Assembly (NCBI GenBank): GCA_043811535.1
Contig: JBDRNC010000020.1
Location: 8,483 to 72,482 of the forward strand
Direction: 5' to 3'
Source of the DNA: Elusimicrobiota bacterium
GTDB lineage: Bacteria > Elusimicrobiota > Endomicrobiia > Endomicrobiales > JBDRNC01
DNA length: 64,000 nt
The notes under the pieces are model-generated. The model searched no databases. It was not told where the DNA came from and worked only from the letters and a program-made list of their open reading frames with translations. Both the position numbers and the translations under genes were made by a program. Shown piece by piece: positions 36,608 through 45,765 of the stretch (position 1 is the first letter of the stretch; each line of letters opens with the position of its first letter).

Positions 36608-38058
36608 AATTAATACATGGACTCCTGCTCGCGTCGCTTGTAACGGTATCAAATATGACAGAAACATCTGCCGCGGCACTGCCGCCGTCTTCGACAATCA
36701 AGGTTCAAGGTAGGAACCTTATAGTCAATAATTCGACCTTCACCGTGAAGGGGGTTTGTTATTCGCCGGTGAAGGCCGGATATACGAACGCCAATTTCGA
36801 CTGGTGGTCGGACCAGAACGCCTGCAAATCGGATTTTCCTTTGATAGCGGCCATGGGGGCGAACTGTATAAGGACTTACTCGCCATCGGCTGCGGACAGT
36901 TATGTGCAGGCAGTGCTTGACGCGGCGGCACGTCACGGCCTGTATGTTATATTGGGCTACAGCGTCCCGTGGAACCAGGATTTTTCCGTAGCAGCCAACA
37001 GGACTCCGGTCGTGAACGGTTTTACGGACTTCGTGAATAAATGGAAGGCGCATCCCGCGGTTCTCATGTGGTGTTTCGGCAATGAGATAGACGTGCATAC
37101 GGCCAGCGCCGCCGGCTGGTTCACTCTGCTTGACCAGGCTTCTGCGGCCGCTCATGCCGCGGAAGGGGCCGGGTATCATCCCGTGACTACGGCAAACCAG
37201 GAAATGGACGAAGTGGCCGTTTACGACTCCTCGGTCCCGAACCTGGACGTATGGGGATTGAACCTTTACAGGGGAAAAACCTTCGGCGCGATATTTTCGG
37301 TTTATTCTTCCACAAAACCTTTCATGATAACCGAATGGGGATGCGATTCCTTTGACGGCCGCGTCGGAAACGCTAACGAAACGCTGCAGTCAGAATACAT
37401 CGCGGGCCAGTGGGAAGACATAAACGGCCACCTTTCGCATAAAAATCCCGCGGAATGCTGCATAGGCGGGTGCCTTTTTGAATGGTGCGACGAATGGTGG
37501 AAGGGGGCGTCGTCGCCCGGGGATCTTTCGACTTTGGGAGGCGGGGGCGTGAAAGGGCCTGCCGTTCAGGATACGGCGGCGGACTGGACCAATGATAATT
37601 ACGCCGACCCCAACATGAATGAAGAATGGTGGGGCATAGTAGCGATTGAACTTGATTCATACACGCGGAAACCGAAAGAGGCTTATTACGCGCTGGGCAG
37701 GCTGTGGGAAGGAAGCACGGACGCTTCAGGCGATGCCGGCGGTTCCGCGGCGGGTATCATACAGGGTGAAGTGAGGAATTACCCGAATCCTTTCATTGCC
37801 GACGGAAATAACTCAACAAGGATAAAGTTCGCCGTAAGCGGCGCGCCCGAATTGAATATAGAGATCTTTGACCTGTCGGGCGCGAAGGTGCGCGAACTGA
37901 GCGGGATAAATTCCGCGGGCTCATTAAGGGAAGCTTACTGGGACGGGAAGGATTCGGATTCCGGTGTCGTTCCAAGCGGGCTCTATATCTGCAAAGTCAG
38001 CGCGGCATTGTCCGGAAGGGAAGAGATTAAATACCGCAAGATAGCGGCAGTTAAATAA
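36604..38058 (+). CDS. clan GH-A glycosidase-like protein, paralogue 3, with FlgD-Ig/T9SS-type C-terminal domain
   Basis: FGNEID and MITEWGCDSF motifs. C-terminus NYPNPF...IEIFDLSGAKV...WDGKDSDSGVVPSGLYICK...KIAAVK. ATGA overlap with the upstream gene. Confidence 0.6.
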   Translation: MKLIHGLLLASLVTVSNMTETSAAALPPSSTIKVQGRNLIVNNSTFTVKGVCYSPVKAGYTNANFDWWSDQNACKSDFPLIAAMGANCIRTYSPSAADSYVQAVLDAAARHGLYVILGYSVPWNQDFSVAANRTPVVNGFTDFVNKWKAHPAVLMWCFGNEIDVHTASAAGWFTLLDQASAAAHAAEGAGYHPVTTANQEMDEVAVYDSSVPNLDVWGLNLYRGKTFGAIFSVYSSTKPFMITEWGCDSFDGRVGNANETLQSEYIAGQWEDINGHLSHKNPAECCIGGCLFEWCDEWWKGASSPGDLSTLGGGGVKGPAVQDTAADWTNDNYADPNMNEEWWGIVAIELDSYTRKPKEAYYALGRLWEGSTDASGDAGGSAAGIIQGEVRNYPNPFIADGNNSTRIKFAVSGAPELNIEIFDLSGAKVRELSGINSAGSLREAYWDGKDSDSGVVPSGLYICKVSAALSGREEIKYRKIAAVK

Positions 38059-38073
38059 GCCGGAAGAGGGAAG

Positions 38074-39057
38074 ATGGAAGGCGGAAGAGTAATTAAAACG
38101 GTATTCCTTATCACACTGACAACTGTCATCTGTCAACTGTCAACCGCTGTTTATGCGCAGTTCCCGTACGCGTGCGGCGCCCGGGCGATAGGGATGGGCG
38201 GAGCTTTCAGCGCCGTATCTGCGGAGATATCGGCGCTGTACTGGAATCCAGCCGGGCTGGGATACTTGCAGAAAAAGGAAATATCGGCGATGTACGACAA
38301 GGATTTTATTGATACTAAAAACTGTTTTCTGGGTTACGGCCAGCCTGCGGCGGAGACCGGAGGATTCGGGTTCGGCTGGTACAGAGTGGCGAATGATTTC
38401 GAAAAGACGGATATTTCCGGGAATTCGCTGGGTTCGGGAGAGTATTCCGGGAATGTCTTGACCCTGGGCGCCGGTTACTACAGGGGCCTTCCATTTTCGG
38501 TCGGAATAAGCCTGAAATATATGGATGAAAGGATAGACAGCTACTCGATATCAGGGGCGGCGCTGGACGCGGGGCTTTTGTACGAGTATTCCTCGTTCAG
38601 ATTCGCGGTTGTCATGCAGAACGTTCTGAATACAGGGATGAGGGGCGATTCAACGGCTGGCGGAGAGTCAAAAGAGGATATCCCGTTTTCAGGAACGCTG
38701 GGAATAGCGTATTCAGGCCTGAGTGGAATAGAGTTCGCGGATAAACGTCCGCCAGCGGTCTCCGCGGCGCAGGAAAAAGAGCAAGAAAAAGAAGTCACAA
38801 AGGGAATCGTCGGCATTTCGTATATCATGGGATGCGATGTTACGGTCACGCCGGGCAACCCCTCGAAAACCGCGTTCAGTCCGGGTTGCGAGGTCTGGGT
38901 GAATGAAACGATAGGATTCAGGGCGGGCTACAGGCGGCTGAGGAACGTAACGGCCGGGCTGTCATTCAAATACGAGATATTCAGGATAGATTACGCTTTC
39001 GTGGCAAACCCGGACCTTGAAAACGGGAACATAGTGTCATCGTCGATGTATTTTTGA
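38074..39057 (+). CDS. PorV/PorQ-like outer-membrane beta-barrel protein
   Basis: N-terminal GARAIGMGGAFSAVSAEISALYWNPAGL motif, beta-strand-rich sequence and terminal aromatic residue (MYF). Confidence 0.6.
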   Translation: MEGGRVIKTVFLITLTTVICQLSTAVYAQFPYACGARAIGMGGAFSAVSAEISALYWNPAGLGYLQKKEISAMYDKDFIDTKNCFLGYGQPAAETGGFGFGWYRVANDFEKTDISGNSLGSGEYSGNVLTLGAGYYRGLPFSVGISLKYMDERIDSYSISGAALDAGLLYEYSSFRFAVVMQNVLNTGMRGDSTAGGESKEDIPFSGTLGIAYSGLSGIEFADKRPPAVSAAQEKEQEKEVTKGIVGISYIMGCDVTVTPGNPSKTAFSPGCEVWVNETIGFRAGYRRLRNVTAGLSFKYEIFRIDYAFVANPDLENGNIVSSSMYF

Positions 39058-39062
39058 TAAAT

Positions 39063-41732
39063 ATGAAAAAACTCCTGCTTGTGTATATATGCGTGCTGGT
39101 TCCGGTGTCTGAAATGAACAGAGTTTATCCGGCCGACTATGATACGGGAACCGTTAATCTGAGCGGAAAACTGCAGCTTGATTATTATTACCACCGGCTC
39201 GGGGATAACTGGTCGGCTTCGGGCGCAGGATATAAGGATACGAATTACAATTATTCCCTGAATAATACAACGCCTTCGACTCCGTCGTGGAGCGGCAGTT
39301 TCGGCCAGACCCTGTTCCTTGATATTGGAATAAAACCCTACGAAAACATTACTGGGGAATTCGGTTTTGAATTTATCTCAAACTACGCGGACAGGTACTG
39401 GATACCGTTGAATTTCGAGCACAGAATGAAAGAGGACAATATAAACGCGTTCTGGAAAAAAGGCGACGTGAAATACGAAGGCGACGGCCTGTCGCTCAGG
39501 TATTTCAGAGGAGTCGGCCACTACCACTGGGGTTATGAAGGCGACATGTTCAACCTTTACTATGAGCAGTATGAAACCGATAAATACCTGAGGTTAAGCG
39601 GAAGGCCGTCTCCCGAGGGAATTGAAATCAATTTGGCCGGTGACGCTGGCAATCTCAATGTGATACACGGCCCGGAAATATTATGGAACCACAAAAACGG
39701 GACGTACGCGAAGTACAACGTGTTTTTGGGGGGCATAGAGACATTCCTGATATACGCCGGTCACATAATTCCATACGGGGAACCGGATGAAACAATGCGC
39801 TCGTTCGAAGTGAGCACGAAATTCAATTTCATTGACCGGCCGGCGGCTGTCGGAGCCCTTTACAGGTCGTTCAGGCTCAACCGGGCATATTATTACGTTG
39901 AAGACGCGCCCGCGGGGGCAGGCGATCTCGGCTCGAATTATCTTAAGAAGTCCGGAACGACTTCTTCAGGCGACGCAACGGGCGTAAGCTTCCAGTATGA
40001 CCTTCTGCCGAAACCGTTTTTAAACAGCATGCTTTTCAAATATACGCGCCAGGGACTCGTGGCCGGAAACAAGCAGGAATATTCGGTGCAGATGAACAGG
40101 AGTTTTTCAAGGTCAATGACGGGCAGCCTTCTGGTTTCATGGAGACGGCCTTTGCTCGGACCGATCCCCTTGGTTTATGAAGGCACGGCGGCAAACCCCG
40201 GCCCTGTCCTTTTTGAACCAAGGGGCCCGCAGAGCCCTTTCTGGGTCAACTGGGAAAACAGGGAAGCGAACACCGTGACTACTGTGTTCACTTTTGACCC
40301 TACTCCGGGAACCTGGTTCTATCTCTTTCAACCCGACCAGCCGGATTCATGGAACCTGAATCCGGCTGAGAACGCGCCGGTTTCTTTTGCAGCGAGGTAT
40401 ACAATGTCAAAATACGCGACGGCTACGGACCGCCAGTACTATTTTGACGGCGACGGGAAAGTCGTCTGGGAACCGCCGCTGAGTGCCGGCGCCTGGCCGA
40501 CGAGAGGTTACATAGGATATTTTGATATCGTGAGCAAGCTCGTTTTTGGAAAGATAAGAATGGAATATGATATCGGCGCCGGCGATTCGCTCGCCGGTTC
40601 GGGATTGGCATACACCGCATCTTCAGCGGGAGAAAAACCGGCAACGAATTCATTTACCACCGGGTTGACCTTAATTTCCGGGGATAACACTTACAAATTG
40701 CGATACAGTCAGGACGTATGGGGGCCGGAAGAATGGCACCGCGCTTTCGGCGAAGCGTTTGACAGGCTTTACCAGCTGGAATACGCAAGAAAGATCGGAG
40801 AACATGTTGAGATTGGCTGCGGTTATACGGGAGCAAGGGAAGACGACGGGAAATACCTCGCGTCAGAACTGGGAGAGTATGACGAAATACGCGCTTTCAT
40901 ATCGCTGTCTTTCGGGCCCGTCGCCGCGTATTTCGGAGGGTCCCCCGGTCCGGCGCTGTCCGGAGAAGCACCCCCATCGGACAATGTAGCGCCGCGGGTT
41001 TCTATGAAGATTCAGGCGCCGAAGTTCACGCCCGACGGGGACGACAGGGACGATACTCTGCCGATAGAGCTTTTTGCTTCTGACGAAAACTCCATAACCG
41101 GATGGAAAGTAAGCATTCAGGACAATAAGGGCAGGGTGATTAAGGTCATGTCCGGGGATGGAGAGCCGCCTCATATCGTTGATTGGGACGGAACGGACGA
41201 CATTTACGGGAAAACCGTGCCTGAAGGCGCGTACAACGCTGTATTTGAAGCCACGGATTCTTATGATAATACCGCGGCGGCAGGCCCGCAGGGAATAAAC
41301 GTTGTCATCCCCGCGAAAGTAATTATCAGGGAAGTTACAAGGGAAGTAAAAGTCACCGAAACAGAAAGAGGCCTTCTGGTTTCTCTCACATCAAGGGTAT
41401 TGTTCGATTCCGGAAAGAGCAGGCTCAAAACCAGCGCAAACAAGGCGCTTGAAGAAGTAGTTAAAATATTGAACGCGTATCCGGAAAATCAGATATCCAT
41501 TGAGGGGCACACCGATAATACCGGCGGGGCGCGGTATAATCAGAGACTTTCCGAAGAGAGGGCCAAAAGCGTGGAGGATTACCTTGTTAAAAAGGGCGTG
41601 TCCCGCGAAAGAATCACATCAATGGGCCACGGCAAGGAGAAACCTGCGGCTACAAATTCAACTGCGGCGGGCCGCGAGGCCAACCGCAGGGTGGAGGTGA
41701 TAATATTAAGAAAAGACAGTACAGGGAAATAG
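39063..41732 (+). CDS. large outer-membrane protein: about 600-aa N-terminal beta-rich region + FlgD-Ig-like domain + OmpA C-terminal domain
   Basis: C-terminus LFDSGKSRL...IEGHTDNTGGARYNQRLSEERAKSV...ANRRVEV (OmpA_C). Internal segment DWDGTDDIYGKTVPEGAY. Confidence 0.75.
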   Translation: MKKLLLVYICVLVPVSEMNRVYPADYDTGTVNLSGKLQLDYYYHRLGDNWSASGAGYKDTNYNYSLNNTTPSTPSWSGSFGQTLFLDIGIKPYENITGEFGFEFISNYADRYWIPLNFEHRMKEDNINAFWKKGDVKYEGDGLSLRYFRGVGHYHWGYEGDMFNLYYEQYETDKYLRLSGRPSPEGIEINLAGDAGNLNVIHGPEILWNHKNGTYAKYNVFLGGIETFLIYAGHIIPYGEPDETMRSFEVSTKFNFIDRPAAVGALYRSFRLNRAYYYVEDAPAGAGDLGSNYLKKSGTTSSGDATGVSFQYDLLPKPFLNSMLFKYTRQGLVAGNKQEYSVQMNRSFSRSMTGSLLVSWRRPLLGPIPLVYEGTAANPGPVLFEPRGPQSPFWVNWENREANTVTTVFTFDPTPGTWFYLFQPDQPDSWNLNPAENAPVSFAARYTMSKYATATDRQYYFDGDGKVVWEPPLSAGAWPTRGYIGYFDIVSKLVFGKIRMEYDIGAGDSLAGSGLAYTASSAGEKPATNSFTTGLTLISGDNTYKLRYSQDVWGPEEWHRAFGEAFDRLYQLEYARKIGEHVEIGCGYTGAREDDGKYLASELGEYDEIRAFISLSFGPVAAYFGGSPGPALSGEAPPSDNVAPRVSMKIQAPKFTPDGDDRDDTLPIELFASDENSITGWKVSIQDNKGRVIKVMSGDGEPPHIVDWDGTDDIYGKTVPEGAYNAVFEATDSYDNTAAAGPQGINVVIPAKVIIREVTREVKVTETERGLLVSLTSRVLFDSGKSRLKTSANKALEEVVKILNAYPENQISIEGHTDNTGGARYNQRLSEERAKSVEDYLVKKGVSRERITSMGHGKEKPAATNSTAAGREANRRVEVIILRKDSTGK

Positions 41733-41762
41733 AGTTCCCTAAAAAATAAAGGAGGAAGGACC

Positions 41763-42392
41763 ATGAAAAAGATTTTGTTCTTTTGTTTGTCGGCAGTGTT
41801 AGCGTGTTCAGCCGGTTTGGCGTTCGCAGCTCCGAGGGCGTCCAAAAACGCGTCTTCGGGGACAGGCGACGGAAAGTCGAAGGCGTTTTTCGTGATATAC
41901 ACCGATCAGCAGTCCATGCAGAATCACTACGCCCCTTCCGGATGGATGGGAGATTACGGCGATATCAAGCTGAATAACGGTTGCCTGGAGAATCCAAAGA
42001 CCGGCAAGTCCTGTATCAAGATAACCTACAACGCGAAGGGCGCGCAGGGCGCGGGCTGGTGCGGCATTTACTGGCAGTACCCGCCGAATAACTGGGGCGA
42101 AAAGAAAGGTTATAACCTGACAGGAGCGAAAAAACTGACCTTTTGGGCGCGCGGAGCGTCCGGCGGGGAGAGGATCTCGGAATTTAAAGTGGGAGGCCTT
42201 ACCGGGAGTGTACCTGATACGGACTCAAACGCGATAGGACCGATTGAACTTGAGAAGAGCTGGAAGCAGTACACGATAGACCTGACAGGGAAAGACCTTT
42301 CCAATATCTGCGGAGGATTCGCGTTCTCGGCGTCAAGGGATGATAATCCCGACGGAATGGAAATGTACTTTGATGAAATAGTTTTTGAGTGA
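41763..42392 (+). CDS. small secreted CBM-like beta-sandwich protein (family member 1)
   Basis: Signal peptide, then YAPSGWMGD...CIKITY...WCGIYWQ...NNWG...LTFWARG...W..YTIDL...MYFDEIVFE. Confidence 0.5.
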   Translation: MKKILFFCLSAVLACSAGLAFAAPRASKNASSGTGDGKSKAFFVIYTDQQSMQNHYAPSGWMGDYGDIKLNNGCLENPKTGKSCIKITYNAKGAQGAGWCGIYWQYPPNNWGEKKGYNLTGAKKLTFWARGASGGERISEFKVGGLTGSVPDTDSNAIGPIELEKSWKQYTIDLTGKDLSNICGGFAFSASRDDNPDGMEMYFDEIVFE

Positions 42393-42471
42393 AGATGCAC
42401 CGGCCTGCGGGAAGCGGAAAAAGTGTTTCCCGCAGGCAGTGAAAAGGATAGGAAAAAAGCGGGAGGATGCA

Positions 42472-43188
42472 GTGAGAAGTGTCAAGGGATTGATAAGCGC
42501 CAGCGTTTTTGCGGTGATATTGCTATCTTTGGCCGCGCTGATATTCCTGGCGGGTTGCGCAAATATAGGTATCGCGAAACAAGAGAAAGGTATCGAAGAT
42601 TCACGCGGCGTTTTAGGTTCCGCGGGAACCGCTGATTCTTTCGAGATTCCGGCGTCAACAGCTCCCGCCAGGCCGTCTTTCAAGCCGTTCTATATATATA
42701 CCGACGACAGGTCAAAGGACAATCATTTCGCGCCTTCCGGGTGGATGGGCGACACGCAGGATTTAAAGATGTCCGGTTCATATCAGGATAATCCGCATTC
42801 CGGGAAAACATGCCTTAAAATAACTTACTTGGCGAAAGGTCCCGGAAAGTGGGCCGGGATTTTCTGGCAGCAGCCCGCCAATAACTGGGGGGACAGGAAA
42901 GGCGGATATGATCTCAGGGGGGCTCAGGCTCTGACATTCTGGGCCAGGGGCGAAAAAGGCGGTGAAAAGATAACGGAAATGAAAATGGGGGGCATTACGG
43001 GGAAATATCCTGATTCGGACACCGCCTGGATTGGCCCTTTAAAACTTACAAGAGAATGGAAGATGTATACGATATCTTTGACGGGCAAGGACCTGAGATA
43101 TATTAACGGAGGGTTCTGTATTTCGGTTCTCAGGGCCGAGAATCCGCGCGGCTGCACGTTTTATATCGATGACATAAGATACGAATAA
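42472..43188 (+). CDS. CBM-like lipoprotein (family member 2)
   Basis: About 60% identical by eye to 41763 over the domain. I moved the start to GTG 42472, which follows GGGAGGA and gives lipobox LAGC. Confidence 0.5.
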   Translation: MRSVKGLISASVFAVILLSLAALIFLAGCANIGIAKQEKGIEDSRGVLGSAGTADSFEIPASTAPARPSFKPFYIYTDDRSKDNHFAPSGWMGDTQDLKMSGSYQDNPHSGKTCLKITYLAKGPGKWAGIFWQQPANNWGDRKGGYDLRGAQALTFWARGEKGGEKITEMKMGGITGKYPDSDTAWIGPLKLTREWKMYTISLTGKDLRYINGGFCISVLRAENPRGCTFYIDDIRYE

Positions 43189-43220
43189 ATAGGGATCAGC
43201 GAATAGTGAATAGAAAAGAT

Positions 43221-43880
43221 ATGAAGAAAATATTGATGATTCTGCTAGTCACCAGTCACTGGTCACTAGTCACTATGTTTTGCGGATGCAGCAAGAATCC
43301 CGTTACACAGCTGATCGAACCTGTAACGGTCAATGCTTCTCCGCAGTGGAGCGGCAACTGGACGCTTTACGACGATGAATTGAAAACTGGCGGGGATGTT
43401 ATGATGATCGGATGGGGTGGCAATTTTACGGTTGATTTCAACTGCCGCGAAAATCCCTGCGAAGGCGTAAAATGCATAAAACTTGACTGGAACGGGGGCG
43501 CGGTTGAAATTTCCGGAGGAAGCACGGACCTTTACACAGGATTTTCGCTGATCGTTGCCAAAAGCTACAGCGACTATCTCTCTGCGAGCAGGGACCTGTC
43601 CCCGGGAGGCTACACGAAAGCCAGTTTTTACGCCAGGAAAGGTTTTATGTCCTCCAATGCCGTGTTGAGAATTGAGAGCCCGAACGGGAATAGCGATTCC
43701 GCAGCTCCCAACAACGTCTGGGAAGGAGCGCTTACGGAGAATTGGAAAGAATACACGCTTAACATTACGGGAAGTTTGTCGGCGGCCAGGCATTTTATGA
43801 ATATCGTCTTAAAAACAAGCGACGCGAAAAAGGGAAGCGGCGCGACGGTATATATTGACAATATCAAATTGACCAAATAA
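43221..43880 (+). CDS. CBM-like lipoprotein (family member 3)
   Basis: Lipobox FCGC. The signal-peptide h-region is encoded by the CTRGTCA heptad array (43245-43274). The protein ends VYIDNIKLTK. Confidence 0.45.
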   Translation: MKKILMILLVTSHWSLVTMFCGCSKNPVTQLIEPVTVNASPQWSGNWTLYDDELKTGGDVMMIGWGGNFTVDFNCRENPCEGVKCIKLDWNGGAVEISGGSTDLYTGFSLIVAKSYSDYLSASRDLSPGGYTKASFYARKGFMSSNAVLRIESPNGNSDSAAPNNVWEGALTENWKEYTLNITGSLSAARHFMNIVLKTSDAKKGSGATVYIDNIKLTK

Positions 43881-43954
43881 CGACTGCTGTCCTGGATATT
43901 GATGGCAAGAACGGTTGTACCGTGCCCGTGGGGGCGGATTAAGGACTTTAAAAT

Positions 43955-44458
43955 ATGAAAACGCTTAAGAAATTATCGGCAACAATCTTGGTTTTGGTCC
44001 TGTTGTTTCCTCGGCCGGGTTTGTGCGAAGCCGCCAAACTGGATCTAACAGCTTATACTCCGGCTAACGCCGCCGTAAGGTCCCTTGTTTTTCCCGGCTG
44101 GGGGCAGTGGTTTAACAGCCAGGATGTCAAAGCTTATATTTTGGGCGGACTCGCGCTGGCCGGGATAGCGGCCACTTATTCTCTGGATCAACGCGCGGAC
44201 AGCACGTACAGTGATTATGTTAATAGGGGTGTAAAGAACGACCCTCTCTACGATGATTACGAAGCTCAGCAGCAGCAGGCCGCGACGGCATTCTATTTCA
44301 CAGCGGCAGTATGGATATACGGGATAGCGGATGCGTATATTACAGCCGACAGGTACAATAAGAGTCAGAGGGGATCAAAAAATATTAACGCGGAGAGCGG
44401 CATGCGATTTGCCTGTAATTCAGGCGATATTTCCATAATATACCGGCTGCGCTATTAA
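43955..44458 (+). CDS. small membrane protein with PGWGQ motif (DUF5683-like)
   Basis: VFPGWGQWFN followed by a TM helix, and a second TM helix near the C-terminus. Confidence 0.35.
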   Translation: MKTLKKLSATILVLVLLFPRPGLCEAAKLDLTAYTPANAAVRSLVFPGWGQWFNSQDVKAYILGGLALAGIAATYSLDQRADSTYSDYVNRGVKNDPLYDDYEAQQQQAATAFYFTAAVWIYGIADAYITADRYNKSQRGSKNINAESGMRFACNSGDISIIYRLRY

Positions 44459-44472
44459 CGGTGGGTTAAACA

Positions 44473-45357
44473 ATGAATAATGCTAAATTTATGTATTTTG
44501 TCTGCATCTTCATTCTTCTATCATCCTTCTTCCTGTCCTCATGCGCTCAGAAAAAAGACCGGCTTACGGTAAGCACCATGGTAATAGCGATAGATCCCGC
44601 CGCAGACCAGAATATCGCGACGGGAGGGACACTGACCCTCACTGCTGCATGCAGGAGCGCGCGGGAATCAAGCCTTGACATCCAGCCGTCGTGGACAGTT
44701 GACAGCAACCTTGGAACTTTCAGCGCGGCAAAGGGAAAGACCACTACTTTCACGGCAGGCACAACACCGGGTACCTGCGGAATTTATGCCACATACAATG
44801 ATATTACTTCAAGCGTAACGGTAACGATAGGTCCTGCGGGGGGCGGCGGGACTGCCTATACTCTGCTTGCGGATGCGGGCGCGTCCACCGAACTGAAGGA
44901 TCCCGGCGCGGGAATATTCCAGTTTTTTGACGGCGGAGACGGCTCGCCCGACGCGGCCCCCTGGTTGATAGGGACTGTTACCGCTTTGCCGGGCTGCCCG
45001 GTTGACGGCACCGACTGCACGCAAGTGACTTACACCGGCGGAGCGGCCGGACACTGGGGGGGATTCTTTTTGGAATTTAACGCGGCAAAGAGCCTTTCGG
45101 CGTATTCAAGGCTGACCTTTTATACAAAAGGAGGCGCGGGGGGCGAAACTTTCAAGATAAAGATTAAAGGCGGCGGGACCGAAACAACGGTTGCAATAAC
45201 GTCTTATATAACATTGACGACATCATGGCAGAAAGTCACAATACCATTTGCCGATTTCGGCAGTGTAGACTTCTCTTCCGTCACCAATGCCTTTGTAATG
45301 GCTTTTGAAGGCAATACACCCGGAACAGTATATATAGATTTTATCAGATATGAGTAG
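44473..45357 (+). CDS. lipoprotein with Big_2-like Ig domain + CBM-like domain (family member 4)
   Basis: Lipobox LSSC. TLTLTA...WTVDS...TFTAG is Ig-like. The C-terminus ...W.KVTIPFADF...VYIDFIRYE is CBM-like. Confidence 0.45.
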   Translation: MNNAKFMYFVCIFILLSSFFLSSCAQKKDRLTVSTMVIAIDPAADQNIATGGTLTLTAACRSARESSLDIQPSWTVDSNLGTFSAAKGKTTTFTAGTTPGTCGIYATYNDITSSVTVTIGPAGGGGTAYTLLADAGASTELKDPGAGIFQFFDGGDGSPDAAPWLIGTVTALPGCPVDGTDCTQVTYTGGAAGHWGGFFLEFNAAKSLSAYSRLTFYTKGGAGGETFKIKIKGGGTETTVAITSYITLTTSWQKVTIPFADFGSVDFSSVTNAFVMAFEGNTPGTVYIDFIRYE

Positions 45358-45461
45358 GGTGTTACTATGGAAATTCATTAAATCAAAGAGTTTGACAAGG
45401 AATACATGTTAAATAAGGTATACCGGTAACATAAAGAATAAATAATATTTATATTACTCTA

Positions 45462-45490
45462 TTGACAACGGTATAATAATAAGTTAAACT
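45462..45490 (+). promoter_or_regulatory. candidate promoter TTGACA-17-TAAACT for the riboswitch operon
   Basis: Read directly. The predicted TSS lies about 25 nt before the aptamer. Confidence 0.5.
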
Positions 45491-45517
45491 GTTATCGATA
45501 ACATACAAATCTCACCG

Positions 45518-45622
45518 CAAATCAAGGTCCGATAGGGCAAACTCCGGGTAACCGGAGGGCGCAAAGTCAACGGCCCCGTGACAAACATTCCTTTAACGGG
45601 GGGCCGGACTGCCGAAACAAAT
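45518..45622 (+). promoter_or_regulatory. c-di-GMP-I (GEMM-I) riboswitch aptamer
   Basis: GGGCAAAC-UCCGG-GUAA-CCGGA-GGGCGCAAAGUC-AACGGCCCCG...CGGGGGGCCGGA-CUGCCGAA. The GNRA-capped P1b hairpin, the (A)CGCAAAG junction, the GC-rich P2 and the 3' GCCGAA all match the GEMM-I layout. Confidence 0.75.
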
Positions 45623-45658
45623 CCAAAATCACGGTTAAAAGGTCGATTTTCGAAAGAT

Positions 45659-45693
45659 CCTTATATTTCCAATAATATATTGGAAATATAAGG
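45659..45693 (+). other. perfect 15-bp AT-rich hairpin between aptamer and RBS
   Basis: CCTTATATTTCCAAT-AATAT-ATTGGAAATATAAGG. No U-tract follows. Confidence 0.8.
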
Positions 45694-45765
45694 TGATGGA
45701 CCGTTGCCATAGAATGCATCAGTCAGGTGAGGAAAAACACCCGTCAAGGGAATCAGGAGGACAGG

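Noticed and set aside
41763-43188. A diversity-generating retroelement (template/variable repeat) explaining the similar 41763 and 42472 genes.
   Set aside because: There is no reverse transcriptase in the window. The two genes differ along their whole length at about 60% identity, instead of sharing a near-identical repeat with localised adenine-specific differences. They are ordinary paralogues.
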